Origin: a virus
Virus record (IMG/VR): IMGVR_UViG_3300027976_000020
Location: 15,570-79,569 of that record
Length of the DNA stretch: 64,000 bases
Reading direction: 5' to 3' (one strand)
Part shown: piece by piece, positions 1 through 11,300 of the stretch
Layout: every line of letters starts with the position of its first letter
How positions within the stretch are numbered: position 1 is the first letter of the stretch
Notes under the pieces: generated by a model
Database searches by the model: none
What the model was told of the DNA's origin: nothing
Seen by the model: the letters and a program-made list of their open reading frames with translations, nothing else
Program-made: the position numbers and the translations under genes

Positions 1-3000
1 ACAACATCGCTGCCAACTATGTTGAATCCACCGTTGATGTATTGTGCAGCATTGGTCAAGAACACATTGTTGATCAATACGCTAACAGGCGCTGCAGACC
101 CTGACGGCAATGCAAAAGTTGTTGTGCCAGTTTCGTTTATACCAATTTGGTATCTCAACACACTACGATCGTAAACATATGTGCTGCCTGACTCCAACGT
201 GCTAACAATGGTTGTTGGAGCACCAATTACAACTTGACGTCCGTCGGTTGAAGCAGCAACACTATAACCAAAGTTGGCGCTGCCTGCTGGACCAGCAATT
301 TTGTCAATGTATCTGAAATATGTTTTGGCTAATGCATTGATTATAGCACCAGCAGCTGGATTGGATCCAGCTTCAAATGTAACTGTTGTTCCGGTAAATG
401 TATAATCAATGTACGGACGCTGTACCAAGCCGTTGACTATCAATGTAAACGAGTTGGTGGTGGTTGCAGTATACAAATACTCTGCTAAATCAAAGTTACT
501 TGTATTGTCAACGCCAGACCCAGCAGTAGTAAATGTAACAATGCCGCCAACGGTCACAGTTGATACTGTGACAACCAAATCATTTGCGGGTGATGTTCCA
601 CCACCAATGCTGGCAGCATTGATTGTAACAGTGTCGCCTATGGAATAATCCAAGCCAGGTGCAGTCAACTGCACAGCATATGTTCCGCGAGTACGGTCAA
701 CTGTGAATTTTGCTTGTGAACCTGCCCCAGATGTGGAATCTTGCGTTACGCTGTAATAAACTTGATGATCAAGCTGAGTGGCTTCGCGACGTGCAATTAC
801 AATTGTTAATCTAGATTCCGGAGCAGTAGTAAACAATACTGCATTTGCACTTAATGTATAATCAACACCTTCTATTTGTGCAGTATTGTTAACAACAACT
901 ACCATTTGACCTGGTTGTGTGTAATCAACAATAATATTGTCTGAAAATGCATATTGCTGAGTTGTGCCATCTGATGTGTATGTAACTGACTGCGGTGCTG
1001 AGTCAGCACGCCCGTATGCATAAACTGCATTTTCGGCAGGTGCTCCAACATAAACAATACGTTCGTCTTTGCTTATTGCAACTGATGTGCCAAAACTTCC
1101 TGCACTAGCAGCATAGTCCGGTGCAACCAACAATTGAGGCTGTGTAAACGCGCCCGAAGCAGACCGGTTGATAATTGATGCATACCCAACACCGCCGAAG
1201 CTGAGACTTGCTCCTGCCACTGCCCAAGTTTTATTACCAAAATCAATATTGTTTCCGTAACCCAACGTTCCGGGTGCAGTTAAGAACAACAAACTATCTT
1301 CAACGTATTCCCCAGCAGTGCCGCGCTGGTAAGGATATACTGCACCTGTTGCTGTGCTGGTCGAGTCATTGTAATAAGCAGGTGCGCCTACTAGTGCAGC
1401 AAGATTGTCATATGTTTGTGCAACACTTGTACCGTAACCAGTATTTTCTACAGGCAGATTCTGTGTTAAAGAATAGTTGTCAGCAAAGACATCTTGTTTC
1501 TCTAACACTTCCCATAACCCAGTGCCGTTGTTGTCAACCCAGGCCAGTGCGCCAGGCATCATGTCATCAGCGTATGATAATGAAGCAATGTCACTTGCTT
1601 GCGACACACGCATTGTGTCAAGATAAAACGCTAACCCAGACCCGGTTGCAGTGGTTTGATTGGTGTTGGGGAATGAATACGCTACTGTCAATGTAGTCGG
1701 TGTTGGTGTTGTTAGCACACGGAATACTCCGTTGACTGACTCGTTGAAGAAACGCACAATCAACAAATTGCCGCGCGTTAAATTGTGTATTGCTGAGAAT
1801 GCAAATAAACTTGTTCCGTCTAGATTATCACTGACACGAGTAATTTTTCCAGGTGTTTGTGTTGCACGGTATACATTCCAGTCAACACTATTTGTTTTGG
1901 CTACCCAAATGCGTGTTCCTGCGCCAATGTTGTTGAGCTCTGCTGCAATAGAACTTGGATCGTCTAATGAAAATACTGTGATATCAACATCATCAATGTT
2001 TACATAACCTGCACTGGGCAAAGCTGTGTCCGTGATAGTAGATGTTGTTGTGGGAAGAACATTGGTTGATGTTAATTTGTAGCTTTGGTTCCATACATCA
2101 TTCAAGTATACAGTTTGATTTGCTACACTTGTTTCACCAACATCAACAACTTGAATTGTTGATGGATCACTTTGTAACAACGCTTCGTTCAGTTGCAATT
2201 CAAAATAGCTACGGTTTGCATTGGCTCCGTATGTGCCACGGCGGATAGCCCAGTTTTCGTAGATCTGATAATCAGCAACTTCCTTGCCAAGGTTTGCACC
2301 TGTGAATATTTCAGCAGCAAGCGTTGTGCCTTTGGTGCCAATGAATTGTTGATATAGATTAACTTGGCTTGTGTCGTCAAGATTCAACGCAACCATATAG
2401 TCCCGTGGCTGGAATCCAATCAATCCAAAACTTAATAAATCAGTATCACGCTCTAAGTTGGTTGTTTGTGTATTGTAACTATTGGCCAGTTGGTCTGCTT
2501 TGTTGGCAATGTTGGGCAATAGGCCTTTTTGTATTTTTGTGTAATCGCTCTTGACCCAGTCAGAGTAAACAAATTCTCTCTTTGGTTGCACAATTGTCTG
2601 TGCTGACCAGTAATTGTTTTTAAAGTTTACAATTTCGCCTTTGGCGTACTTGCGATTTGATACCCAGTTTTGAACATTGTCCTGATTAAGAATAAAGCCC
2701 TGGGCATTCAATGTTCCTTCCCACTCAGTGGTGGTCATTGCCACCACATTGATACGATTTTGTCTCGCAGCAGTTGTTGGGTTATAAATTAAATCGTTAA
2801 AGATACTGACATTGTCAAGAATTACAAGATTTTCATAACTTGTGTAACGCAAGTTGGCATACGCAATTGCTTGGCCATTGGTGCTGGTAACACTAAATCT
2901 ATTTTCTAAACGTTCAATAGTTAAATTTCTAGCATCAAACGGCAAGCGGTTTTGATCCAACATTATATTTTCAATGTTTTGCATCATGACATTGTCAATT

Positions 3001-6000
3001 ACTGCACCTGGTTTTTCAGCAATCAATTGATTTGCTGCAGGGTTTAAATTGATTAAACTATTAAGTCCCCATCCTTGGTTGGCCCAGTATAAAAATTCTC
3101 TTGCCATTTGTTGCCAGTCGAGCGGATATCCATTTTCTCTGTCTTCGCCGAAAATCAATCCTTGAGTGGTCAAGTATTGCCCGTAACTTAACAAAAAGTC
3201 AACCAATGACGATTGATTTGTGAATACAAATCCGTACGGCACTTGCACAACATCTGTTGAGTACTGTTTTGGTACACGAACCACACTGCCACCTGCTGAA
3301 ACTGTTTGCAATTGACCATTGGCACGGCTGGCCAATATATTAAAATATGCGTCAGTGGTGCTGTATCCAAGCACAGCATATCCGTTTTCAACTGCTTGCA
3401 CAATAACAGCGCTGTACGCAATTGAACTAAACGGCACGTTCTTGTACAACATCAAGTTGTAACTTTCGTCTGGCAATAACAAACTAGAATTTTGACTGTC
3501 AGGGCTAGAACGCTCGGTATATACTTTGAGATATTGCTTGTCTGTAAAACTGGCTGTTCTCCAGCATAGGCGCACATCAAGACTTGCCAACGCATCTTCT
3601 AACGCGTCAGTTGAATTGATACCCAACTGTTGATTGTAATCAACTATCCAGTTGATATAACTTGCTTTGCTAACAGGAGTCACTGTCCCATTGGTCGAAA
3701 CATTGCCGCCATAAACTTGAACACCATTGGCATCCAATCTATAACGTCCGTTGTATAGATATTGGCCAAGGTCGGTGTCGTATTTGTAAAGGTCGCGGTC
3801 AGCAAACAAGCTGAAGAATTCTGCAGGACGTGTCAGTGCCAATAACCGCATAACTGCAAATGGATAGCTACTGCTTGTCCACCATGCAGCTTCAGCGGGG
3901 CCGCCATCGCCTACTATCCAGCTCTTACGGAAAGCATTGGGATTGTATGATCCAACTACGCTTTGCAGTGGTGACAGCAATGCACCTTCAGAGCCAGAAG
4001 GAATAAAATATGTTGACAAGTTTGGACGCTTGTATTTTTCAATCACATAAGGTGCCAGTGGGTCAGCCACATACCCAGCTTGAATGTCATCCCACAATAT
4101 CAAGTTATCACTTGTGTAAGGAACAGGGCCATACCGGTTGGCCCACCATGTAGGCTGTTGACTGAACCCAAGCATTTCCCACGGTGTAGTAGATGGACTC
4201 AATGTATCATAAAAGTCTCTGTAAATTCCTCGCCATGCTCCGAGCAATGGCTCATTTTTTTGTTTGTCGCCTGCTTGGTCGTAGTTGTATGTGAACTCGT
4301 TACTACTGATATATTGTTGAGTTTTAAAGTCAATCTTGTTTTGGCCAATCCAGGTTAAGAAACTTTCACTGAGTATATTTGTAATTTCAGCAGCAGTGTA
4401 ATCTGTTGTTCTGAAGTATCCGGGTATTACATTATCTGCAACAAGTGGCACTGGATTGTTTTGAGTTTTTAAGTTGTTAAACACTCTACGTTCAAATTCC
4501 AACAACACATCGTCGCGCAGGTCACCAAATGCAGCAGTGATACTGCCGTCGTGTCCACGAATTACGTTTGTAGGATTAACATAGTTTGTATCCAAAAACA
4601 TTTCAGGCTTGTAAGCTCCGTACAATCCCAGCTTGGTAGGTGTATTGGGAACAAAACTTCCGGTGGTGGTGGTGTACTCGCGAATTGTAACTATGTCTCC
4701 AACCGCTAGTGTTGCAGAAACATTGATACGTGGTCCATCTGTGGCCACTGTGTAATTGTAGTTTAATGTCAGCAAGTTACCATTTAGATAAACCAACACA
4801 CCTAAAAAGTTAGCAGATGTAAACGTATATGTTTGAACAGTATCAAACACACCTGTGGTGATTGGAGTAACAGTGTGATTTACTTCTGTATAAACACTTC
4901 CGCTTGGAATCATGTCGCTGTAGAAGAAACTGTTTACAGTTGATTTGCCCAGACTCATATCTGTAATAATAGAATCAAGAATCTGGCTTGTTGTGTATGT
5001 GCCCCATTCACTTAGAATAGAATTTTCTAACATTCTATTTTTAAATTTATTATATTCTCTATCGTTAAACTCTAATGATTTAAATATATTATACTCAGGT
5101 TCTCTCATAAAAAAGCCAGCCAGCGTTGCTGGAGAACTTTGTTGTAATATTGTTGTGCCATATTGGCTGATATTACCCAAGTCACGAGTATTGTTGGAAC
5201 CGTTTATTTTACCTGAAAAATCTATTAGATTTTCTGCAATACTTTCGTAATGTGTTCGTACTGTGCCAAGTGTAAACGAACTACTATTTGCGTTGAACGG
5301 ATTATTTTCTAAGTTAACAGGAACTTTGTAGAATCCTGTTTTGCTGACTTGATTGCTCAGTGCTTGCACTTCAATTACTGAGCCGGGAAGATAAATTTTA
5401 TCAAGCGTAATTACAGTTGTGGCAGCATTTCTTGTAACTGTGTAATCGCCTGGCAATACAAATTCATTTGCCACATACAATAAAATTGGAGGAACTACTG
5501 TGTTTTCAGAAACAACAATGTCCAATTGTAAAGACCGGCCGTCATATGTGAATTGGAACTGCTGACGAATTTGACTTGGTGCAACTGCAACTTCCCAACC
5601 AATGTTGCGCGAATACAAAACACGGTCTGCATACTGGTATACAAAACCAGCACTGACATTGCCAACAACACCAGATGTACCAGTTACATAGTTAAATGTA
5701 TCAACGTATAAGTTGTTATCAAACACAATATCGCCAATGTTGGCAAGACTCAAATAACGAATCGGAAATGCCAACACAGGGTCTGCTGTTCCTGTGCCTG
5801 TTGCATAGCTGAATAGTTTACTGCCAACAAAAGTAGAACTAGGGTATGTTGTTTGGTTGCTAAAACTTACACCAGCAGAATCAAACACATCGAACAAAGG
5901 TGCTTGGTTGGCAGAAGTTTTTTCTTGTGCCAATATCCAATCAACACCATCAAAGTAATAACTTAGGCCTTGTTGTTTTAGCCCATTTAATGCAACTACA

Positions 6001-8360
6001 GTTTGATCAATTAGCACTGCAGAATCAAATGCCGGCGTTAAATTTATAATAGGCTGGTTAATCAATGGATTAACTGTGTCAGGTTCAATGAATTCTACAT
6101 TGTATATTTTATTACGAACTTGTAAATCCAAGTCATTGGCAAAAATAATGCGGCTACCAGTGATAAGTGTATAACCGTCGGTGCTATAACCGATTGAGCC
6201 GTTGATATCACTGAATGCATCGGTTGAATTAAAATCAACAATGTTAACTGGTTGTTTACCTTGTGTTCCAAATCCAAATAATTTTGTTCCGGTGTTGAAC
6301 TCTAAAATCGGACGCTTGCCTCTAAATTCATTGTTCAATACTGCTACAGTATTGTTGTACGCAGCACTGGCATTGATAACTTCAATATGGAACCAACGGT
6401 TAGACCGTGTCCATGCATTTAAATCAGCACTGGCACGATTGATTGTTATGTAGTCCGGAATTTCCGGAGCATTGTCTGTGGCATCAAAATTGCCAATGTC
6501 GTAGCCAGTACTATCGTAAGGAACACTGGCACTTTGTGTATATGTTTCGGGAGTGATGAAATCAGCAACTGGCAATAATTTAATTGCAGTTCCTACACCG
6601 TCAACGTAGTATTGCTGATTTTCGTAACTGGCAGGAAATGTTGTGCCACGGAATTGTATTTTCAACCCGTTAGTAAAAATTACCCCCGTTGGACTGGTAT
6701 ATGTTGGTTGCCCAATAACATCGTCAATAAAGATTGTGTCAGCTTGGTCTTGGTCAATAATACGTAACTGTCCAAAAATCTCTGGGTCAGTTCCGTCTTG
6801 GTAATACAACACATCTTTGATTGCTGTCAACAAAGGAATCTGTTCAAACACACCATTGGCATTTTTATACCAATCAGTGTTTGAATACTCAGTTCCAAAT
6901 GCTATGTTAAATTTGTCCAAATTATCAACAAGTAATACATTGTTCAATTTGATGTATTGCTGGCCACCTGTGGTAGTAACATATTCAATTTTCCATACAC
7001 TATAACGTTGTGATTGAGTTAACGGTGTTGCTTGTGCGAACGGAATACTGTCAAAAGATCCAACACCACCTGCGCCGCCGGTGTTGATTAACGGATCAAA
7101 TTGTGTGGCCAGATCCCATCCGCCTTGGTCAGCACTAGCATTGCTAACAAATGCAACAGTTCGGCCATCTAAGTTAGTTATACCATCAATACCACTTGGA
7201 TTTTGTGTAAAGAATTCTGTCAAGAATTGATTGTTTATTTGTTCAAATTTTAAATTAGTTATTAAATCAACTGAGCCAATGCTGGGCAGCGAATAATAAA
7301 AACTTTGTGCAGTTGATTGCGGAACATTAAATGTGACTGATCCAAGATCTTCGCCGTTGTTGGTTACCCCCAGTACATCTCTGCTGCTGATGTTTGGCGA
7401 CCACGGTAATGTTCCGGCGGTGCCTGGCTCTGCTTGAATCCAGAAACCAGGGCCATTGCCAGGCGTTCCGTCTACAATTGCAAATGTTCCTTGCATATTG
7501 AATTGTGATTCGCTGGCGTAGTATAAATTATCTGGTGCATCCTGCGGCACAGTAAATGTAATATTTCCAGTTTGTGAACCATTGCGAGTTACGCCTGTGT
7601 TGTATTGATTACCTGTGCCTTGACTTGGCGCTGTCTTGATCCAAAAAGGTGATGCTACATCAAGATTTAAATTAAAAATATAAGTGTTGCCGCGTACTAA
7701 TGTTAGTGCTGGGTTTGGTGCATAATCAATTACATATGCAGATATGCCAGTTGATGTGACACGGAAATTTACTGATTCTTTTTTATTCTGTGCTACATTA
7801 AATGTATAATTGCCGCCACGAACAAGAGTGATTGCAGGATTGTTCGTGGTATAATTAGAGAAAGTATATACGCCATTTTCTCTTGTGACGGTATAATTGG
7901 CGGTTAGCGGAACAGCAGTGGCGCCAACATTGACAGACAACGGGCCTGCAGGTAACCAATAATATTGACTAAAGTTTACAAACTTGTCAAAGTTGACTTG
8001 TGGATTCCATGTATAGTATTCACTGGTGTAAAGGCGACTGCTGTTGTTGGTGAACGCACCTTGAGTTGCCAGCGCATCATTGATGCCAGGATATGTAATG
8101 GCATCTTCAACAGTGTCACTATCGGTCTTTAACATAACAACACCGGGTTCTAACTGATAGTTGGTACGAGCAGTTGTGGGTTCCACTACATATCGACTGT
8201 CGGCATTGACTCCTGGTCCAACGCGGCGGCCAACAAACCCTTGTGTCTTTTTAAACTGGGGTTCCTGAACCAGTTGATCTAAGGTAGCAGCTAAAAACTG
8301 TTTGTTTGTAGATGTTTGAAATATTTCAGGTAAGAAATCTACCGTTCTCACTTTTGCCAT
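1..8360 (-). CDS. Giant virion structural protein (baseplate wedge/fibre-like, >2780 aa, FG-GAP-like repeats); 3' end lies outside the window
   Basis: ATG at 8360 overlaps the stop of the upstream gp6-like gene (TAATG). Translates MAKVRTVDFLPEIFQTSTNKQFLAATLDQLVQEP..., and the same frame is open where spot-checked, including positions 3-60. Contains GSFGTSVAISKDERIVYVGAP and NFGYSVAASTDGRQVVIGAP. Not every codon was checked. Confidence 0.85.
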   Translation of the reverse strand, partial: MAKVRTVDFLPEIFQTSTNKQFLAATLDQLVQEPQFKKTQGFVGRRVGPGVNADSRYVVEPTTARTNYQLEPGVVMLKTDSDTVEDAITYPGINDALATQGAFTNNSSRLYTSEYYTWNPQVNFDKFVNFSQYYWLPAGPLSVNVGATAVPLTANYTVTRENGVYTFSNYTTNNPAITLVRGGNYTFNVAQNKKESVNFRVTSTGISAYVIDYAPNPALTLVRGNTYIFNLNLDVASPFWIKTAPSQGTGNQYNTGVTRNGSQTGNITFTVPQDAPDNLYYASESQFNMQGTFAIVDGTPGNGPGFWIQAEPGTAGTLPWSPNISSRDVLGVTNNGEDLGSVTFNVPQSTAQSFYYSLPSIGSVDLITNLKFEQINNQFLTEFFTQNPSGIDGITNLDGRTVAFVSNASADQGGWDLATQFDPLINTGGAGGVGSFDSIPFAQATPLTQSQRYSVWKIEYVTTTGGQQYIKLNNVLLVDNLDKFNIAFGTEYSNTDWYKNANGVFEQIPLLTAIKDVLYYQDGTDPEIFGQLRIIDQDQADTIFIDDVIGQPTYTSPTGVIFTNGLKIQFRGTTFPASYENQQYYVDGVGTAIKLLPVADFITPETYTQSASVPYDSTGYDIGNFDATDNAPEIPDYITINRASADLNAWTRSNRWFHIEVINASAAYNNTVAVLNNEFRGKRPILEFNTGTKLFGFGTQGKQPVNIVDFNSTDAFSDINGSIGYSTDGYTLITGSRIIFANDLDLQVRNKIYNVEFIEPDTVNPLINQPIINLTPAFDSAVLIDQTVVALNGLKQQGLSYYFDGVDWILAQEKTSANQAPLFDVFDSAGVSFSNQTTYPSSTFVGSKLFSYATGTGTADPVLAFPIRYLSLANIGDIVFDNNLYVDTFNYVTGTSGVVGNVSAGFVYQYADRVLYSRNIGWEVAVAPSQIRQQFQFTYDGRSLQLDIVVSENTVVPPILLYVANEFVLPGDYTVTRNAATTVITLDKIYLPGSVIEVQALSNQVSKTGFYKVPVNLENNPFNANSSSFTLGTVRTHYESIAENLIDFSGKINGSNNTRDLGNISQYGTTILQQSSPATLAGFFMREPEYNIFKSLEFNDREYNKFKNRMLENSILSEWGTYTTSQILDSIITDMSLGKSTVNSFFYSDMIPSGSVYTEVNHTVTPITTGVFDTVQTYTFTSANFLGVLVYLNGNLLTLNYNYTVATDGPRINVSATLAVGDIVTIREYTTTTGSFVPNTPTKLGLYGAYKPEMFLDTNYVNPTNVIRGHDGSITAAFGDLRDDVLLEFERRVFNNLKTQNNPVPLVADNVIPGYFRTTDYTAAEITNILSESFLTWIGQNKIDFKTQQYISSNEFTYNYDQAGDKQKNEPLLGAWRGIYRDFYDTLSPSTTPWEMLGFSQQPTWWANRYGPVPYTSDNLILWDDIQAGYVADPLAPYVIEKYKRPNLSTYFIPSGSEGALLSPLQSVVGSYNPNAFRKSWIVGDGGPAEAAWWTSSSYPFAVMRLLALTRPAEFFSLFADRDLYKYDTDLGQYLYNGRYRLDANGVQVYGGNVSTNGTVTPVSKASYINWIVDYNQQLGINSTDALEDALASLDVRLCWRTASFTDKQYLKVYTERSSPDSQNSSLLLPDESYNLMLYKNVPFSSIAYSAVIVQAVENGYAVLGYSTTDAYFNILASRANGQLQTVSAGGSVVRVPKQYSTDVVQVPYGFVFTNQSSLVDFLLSYGQYLTTQGLIFGEDRENGYPLDWQQMAREFLYWANQGWGLNSLINLNPAANQLIAEKPGAVIDNVMMQNIENIMLDQNRLPFDARNLTIERLENRFSVTSTNGQAIAYANLRYTSYENLVILDNVSIFNDLIYNPTTAARQNRINVVAMTTTEWEGTLNAQGFILNQDNVQNWVSNRKYAKGEIVNFKNNYWSAQTIVQPKREFVYSDWVKSDYTKIQKGLLPNIANKADQLANSYNTQTTNLERDTDLLSFGLIGFQPRDYMVALNLDDTSQVNLYQQFIGTKGTTLAAEIFTGANLGKEVADYQIYENWAIRRGTYGANANRSYFELQLNEALLQSDPSTIQVVDVGETSVANQTVYLNDVWNQSYKLTSTNVLPTTTSTITDTALPSAGYVNIDDVDITVFSLDDPSSIAAELNNIGAGTRIWVAKTNSVDWNVYRATQTPGKITRVSDNLDGTSLFAFSAIHNLTRGNLLIVRFFNESVNGVFRVLTTPTPTTLTVAYSFPNTNQTTATGSGLAFYLDTMRVSQASDIASLSYADDMMPGALAWVDNNGTGLWEVLEKQDVFADNYSLTQNLPVENTGYGTSVAQTYDNLAALVGAPAYYNDSTSTATGAVYPYQRGTAGEYVEDSLLFLTAPGTLGYGNNIDFGNKTWAVAGASLSFGGVGYASIINRSASGAFTQPQLLVAPDYAASAGSFGTSVAISKDERIVYVGAPAENAVYAYGRADSAPQSVTYTSDGTTQQYAFSDNIIVDYTQPGQMVVVVNNTAQIEGVDYTLSANAVLFTTAPESRLTIVIARREATQLDHQVYYSVTQDSTSGAGSQAKFTVDRTRGTYAVQLTAPGLDYSIGDTVTINAASIGGGTSPANDLVVTVSTVTVGGIVTFTTAGSGVDNTSNFDLAEYLYTATTTNSFTLIVNGLVQRPYIDYTFTGTTVTFEAGSNPAAGAIINALAKTYFRYIDKIAGPAGSANFGYSVAASTDGRQVVIGAPTTIVSTLESGSTYVYDRSVLRYQIGINETGTTTFALPSGSAAPVSVLINNVFLTNAAQYINGGFNIVGSDV

Positions 8361-11300
8361 TAAATTACTCCGCTGCCTGGGGCAGTTCTAAGGTTGGTAC
8401 TTGTTAATGCTTCAATAACTTGAATGTCAACCACTGTGGCAGCGTTGACAAATATCTCGTTGGGAGCTGATCTAATTTCATATAGATCACCAAAACTCTT
8501 TTGTGGATTTAGCGGTACCAGCACAACAGAACTCACAATGTCGCCCATCTGTTGGTGCAAGTACGCTGACAGTTCTGAGAAGTAAAATACATCACCAAAA
8601 TCCCAATTTTCAATTGCAAAATACGCATCTAAGTTGGCCACTACAGTGCTCTTAATTTCACTAATAGATGCAGTTGAATTGCTGGCACGAATAACTTTTA
8701 TAGTTGCTCGTAATTGTTCAGCAGCCTTGGCACCAAACAACGGTTTAAAATTTACAGGATTAACAATCATGTTGTCAGAAATCATTTTATAATCTTGTAA
8801 TCCTGCATACTCTGTACTTAGCGCATCAATTGTTGGGGGTGTTGGCTCTACTACTGTGTTGGTAGAGTCTTGAATATAATTTCTATAAGCAGTGTAATAG
8901 GCCTGCGTTACAACATACAAATCAATGATGTTTGTTGAGCCTGGGTCAATGCGATTGGTCAATGCACTATTGTGACGATACTGGTAGTATAAATCTTGGC
9001 GGCCAACGCGGGTTTGATATTCTGTTGTTGTTACTAATACTGTTGTACCGAAGGTAGTCAAACTTAAAATATAAAATAGTTTGTCTGTATAAGCATAAAA
9101 CACTTGTCCAACAATGTATTGAGCTTTTTCTAATGTGATGTCATTGAATGTTGCGTACTGGCCATTGACAGTGCCTGGCGCAACCAATACAAAACGTTCA
9201 AGACTATCAAAGTCTATAATCTTCTGAAAAAATACCAATTTGGTAGTTGCGGCCACATCCGGAGCAACAATTTCGTTAAAGAAATCTGGATTATCTGGCA
9301 CTCCATCGGCATCTTTGTCTTGCCAAGACACCAACACCTGGTAATCATCAACATAACCATCTGGTTGCACTGGTTGTGCAATAATACGCATTGTGATGTC
9401 ACTATCAAGCGGCAGGTTTGAGTCAGGGCGACTGTTTGTTTTCAACACTCTCACAAAGTCACGAATAACTGTTCCTGTGCGACTGTCGTACACTTGCTCG
9501 TCGCCGTAGAAGAAAAAGCGTGTTTCAAGAACGCTGCCAAAGTAATAGTTCAGTGCTCGTGTTGTTACTGTATATGATTCACCGTCTGTTGCAAACTGTA
9601 CAACCCAACTGGCATCAAGATTTGCGCCAGAAGTGTCTTGTGCATAGTCTTGACTCCAAGTAGCGTTTGCTGCAAGATTAGATGCAGTAATTACATACCA
9701 AGTGTTGGTTAAGTTGTTGTAGCCTAGACCAAAATTGCGGTACAGTTCAATTTGTGTCAGTGCAGTTTGTTTGACAGTTGTTCCTAGATCAGTTACAAAT
9801 AACGGAATAACTTCGACACATTGTGCATTTGTAGGAACATAGTTGTTGAGAACTACAGGACCAAGACCGCTGGTAAAGTTGCCAATGCCTTGATTGGTTC
9901 CATCAAGATATACCGCGGTAGCAGAAGCCCATATGGTTAATTTTTCGTCTGCCCTTGTGGGAGTTCCCAGCACTAATCTATTGTTGGCGTCAAAATAATA
10001 GCCAGTTGGAGATTTAAATTTAATCAAACTTCCGAGCTGGACATATTGCATGTTGCCGCTGGAATACGTGCCCACTGACACAGGAAGTCCAGCAGCGTTT
10101 TTAAAATAACCAGTTGTTTCATTGGCCAATGTTGTACTTTGATTCCAGCTAACTGACAGTGATGTCAATAACGGTCTTGGAAAATTTGCATAATAAAATT
10201 GTACAGCAGCGTCTGTTGCTATCAACGGCTCAACTCGATTAGAAAGTGCATCACTTATATCATTGGTTGTCAACCAACTGAACAAAAATGTTGGCAACTC
10301 GTTTGATTCATACAGCGCGCCATCGCTACCAAATGTATTGGTGGAACTGTATTTGCCTGTGTTGTCAACCAGGTCAAGGTAACGACTGGTGCCTATTGAT
10401 GCACGGTTGAGTGCTTTGGATTTGATAATTGAATTGTAAGCAGTAAACGGAAAGTTATTGTAATCTTCTCCGTTGACCATACGGTTCTGTGTATAGTATC
10501 GGGCAGGGGCACGTTGCTTGATTTCATCAATGGTTTCACGAGCAAGTGCATTGCTCACCGGCTCTGTTATGCCACACGTAACTGTCAGTGTTTCTAACTG
10601 GCCGGTACGGCTAACATAGCTGATACTTAGAATTACATTTTGCATTTCTTCTGGATTGATAATATACTGCAACCCATTTGATGCTCGCACATAGGACCGG
10701 AAAAATCCCACAGGGATTTCAGAAAATACACCGTCGCCAAAATTCAATGTGATTTGATCATTTGCTCTACTGGCAACTGAATATATAGGACGCAACGATT
10801 CTTGTTGCTCTGCCGCGGCTGTATAAACGCTTTCAACATAATCCCATTCGCGGGCAATATTTCCAACATTGTCTAATTGATACAACCAACGATCTGTATT
10901 GTTGACACCTTCAATGTTGACGTTGACTGCACGGTTGGCAATGCGTTCGGCTAAATTAAAATCTTGATTTTGCAGTACGCCTTGTTTAAAGTAAAAGAAG
11001 AATCCAGTATCAGCAGACGCAAAACCCAATTGGTCGTTGCGGAACAGCATGCCAAACTGTCCATTTGGCTGTGGACTTGGTTCGTAAACATATTCTACAC
11101 CAGCAGGCAATCCGGTGGCAGTGGCACTTACAGCTTCGAACGGCATGTTTACGCCATCAATAACTGCACTGAATGGAATCACAGGAAGGAATCCCGGAAC
11201 CAAGTTGACTGTGTATTCATCTGTGCGAATACCTTGGAGTGTTGTCCTGTTACCTGGACGACCCACACGTTGTGTGTTTATCAACGCAGAATTTATAATG

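Noticed and set aside
409-7005. Short ORFs listed in the track across the first 7 kb
   Set aside because: They are antisense or off-frame shadows of the giant minus-strand gene starting at 8360.
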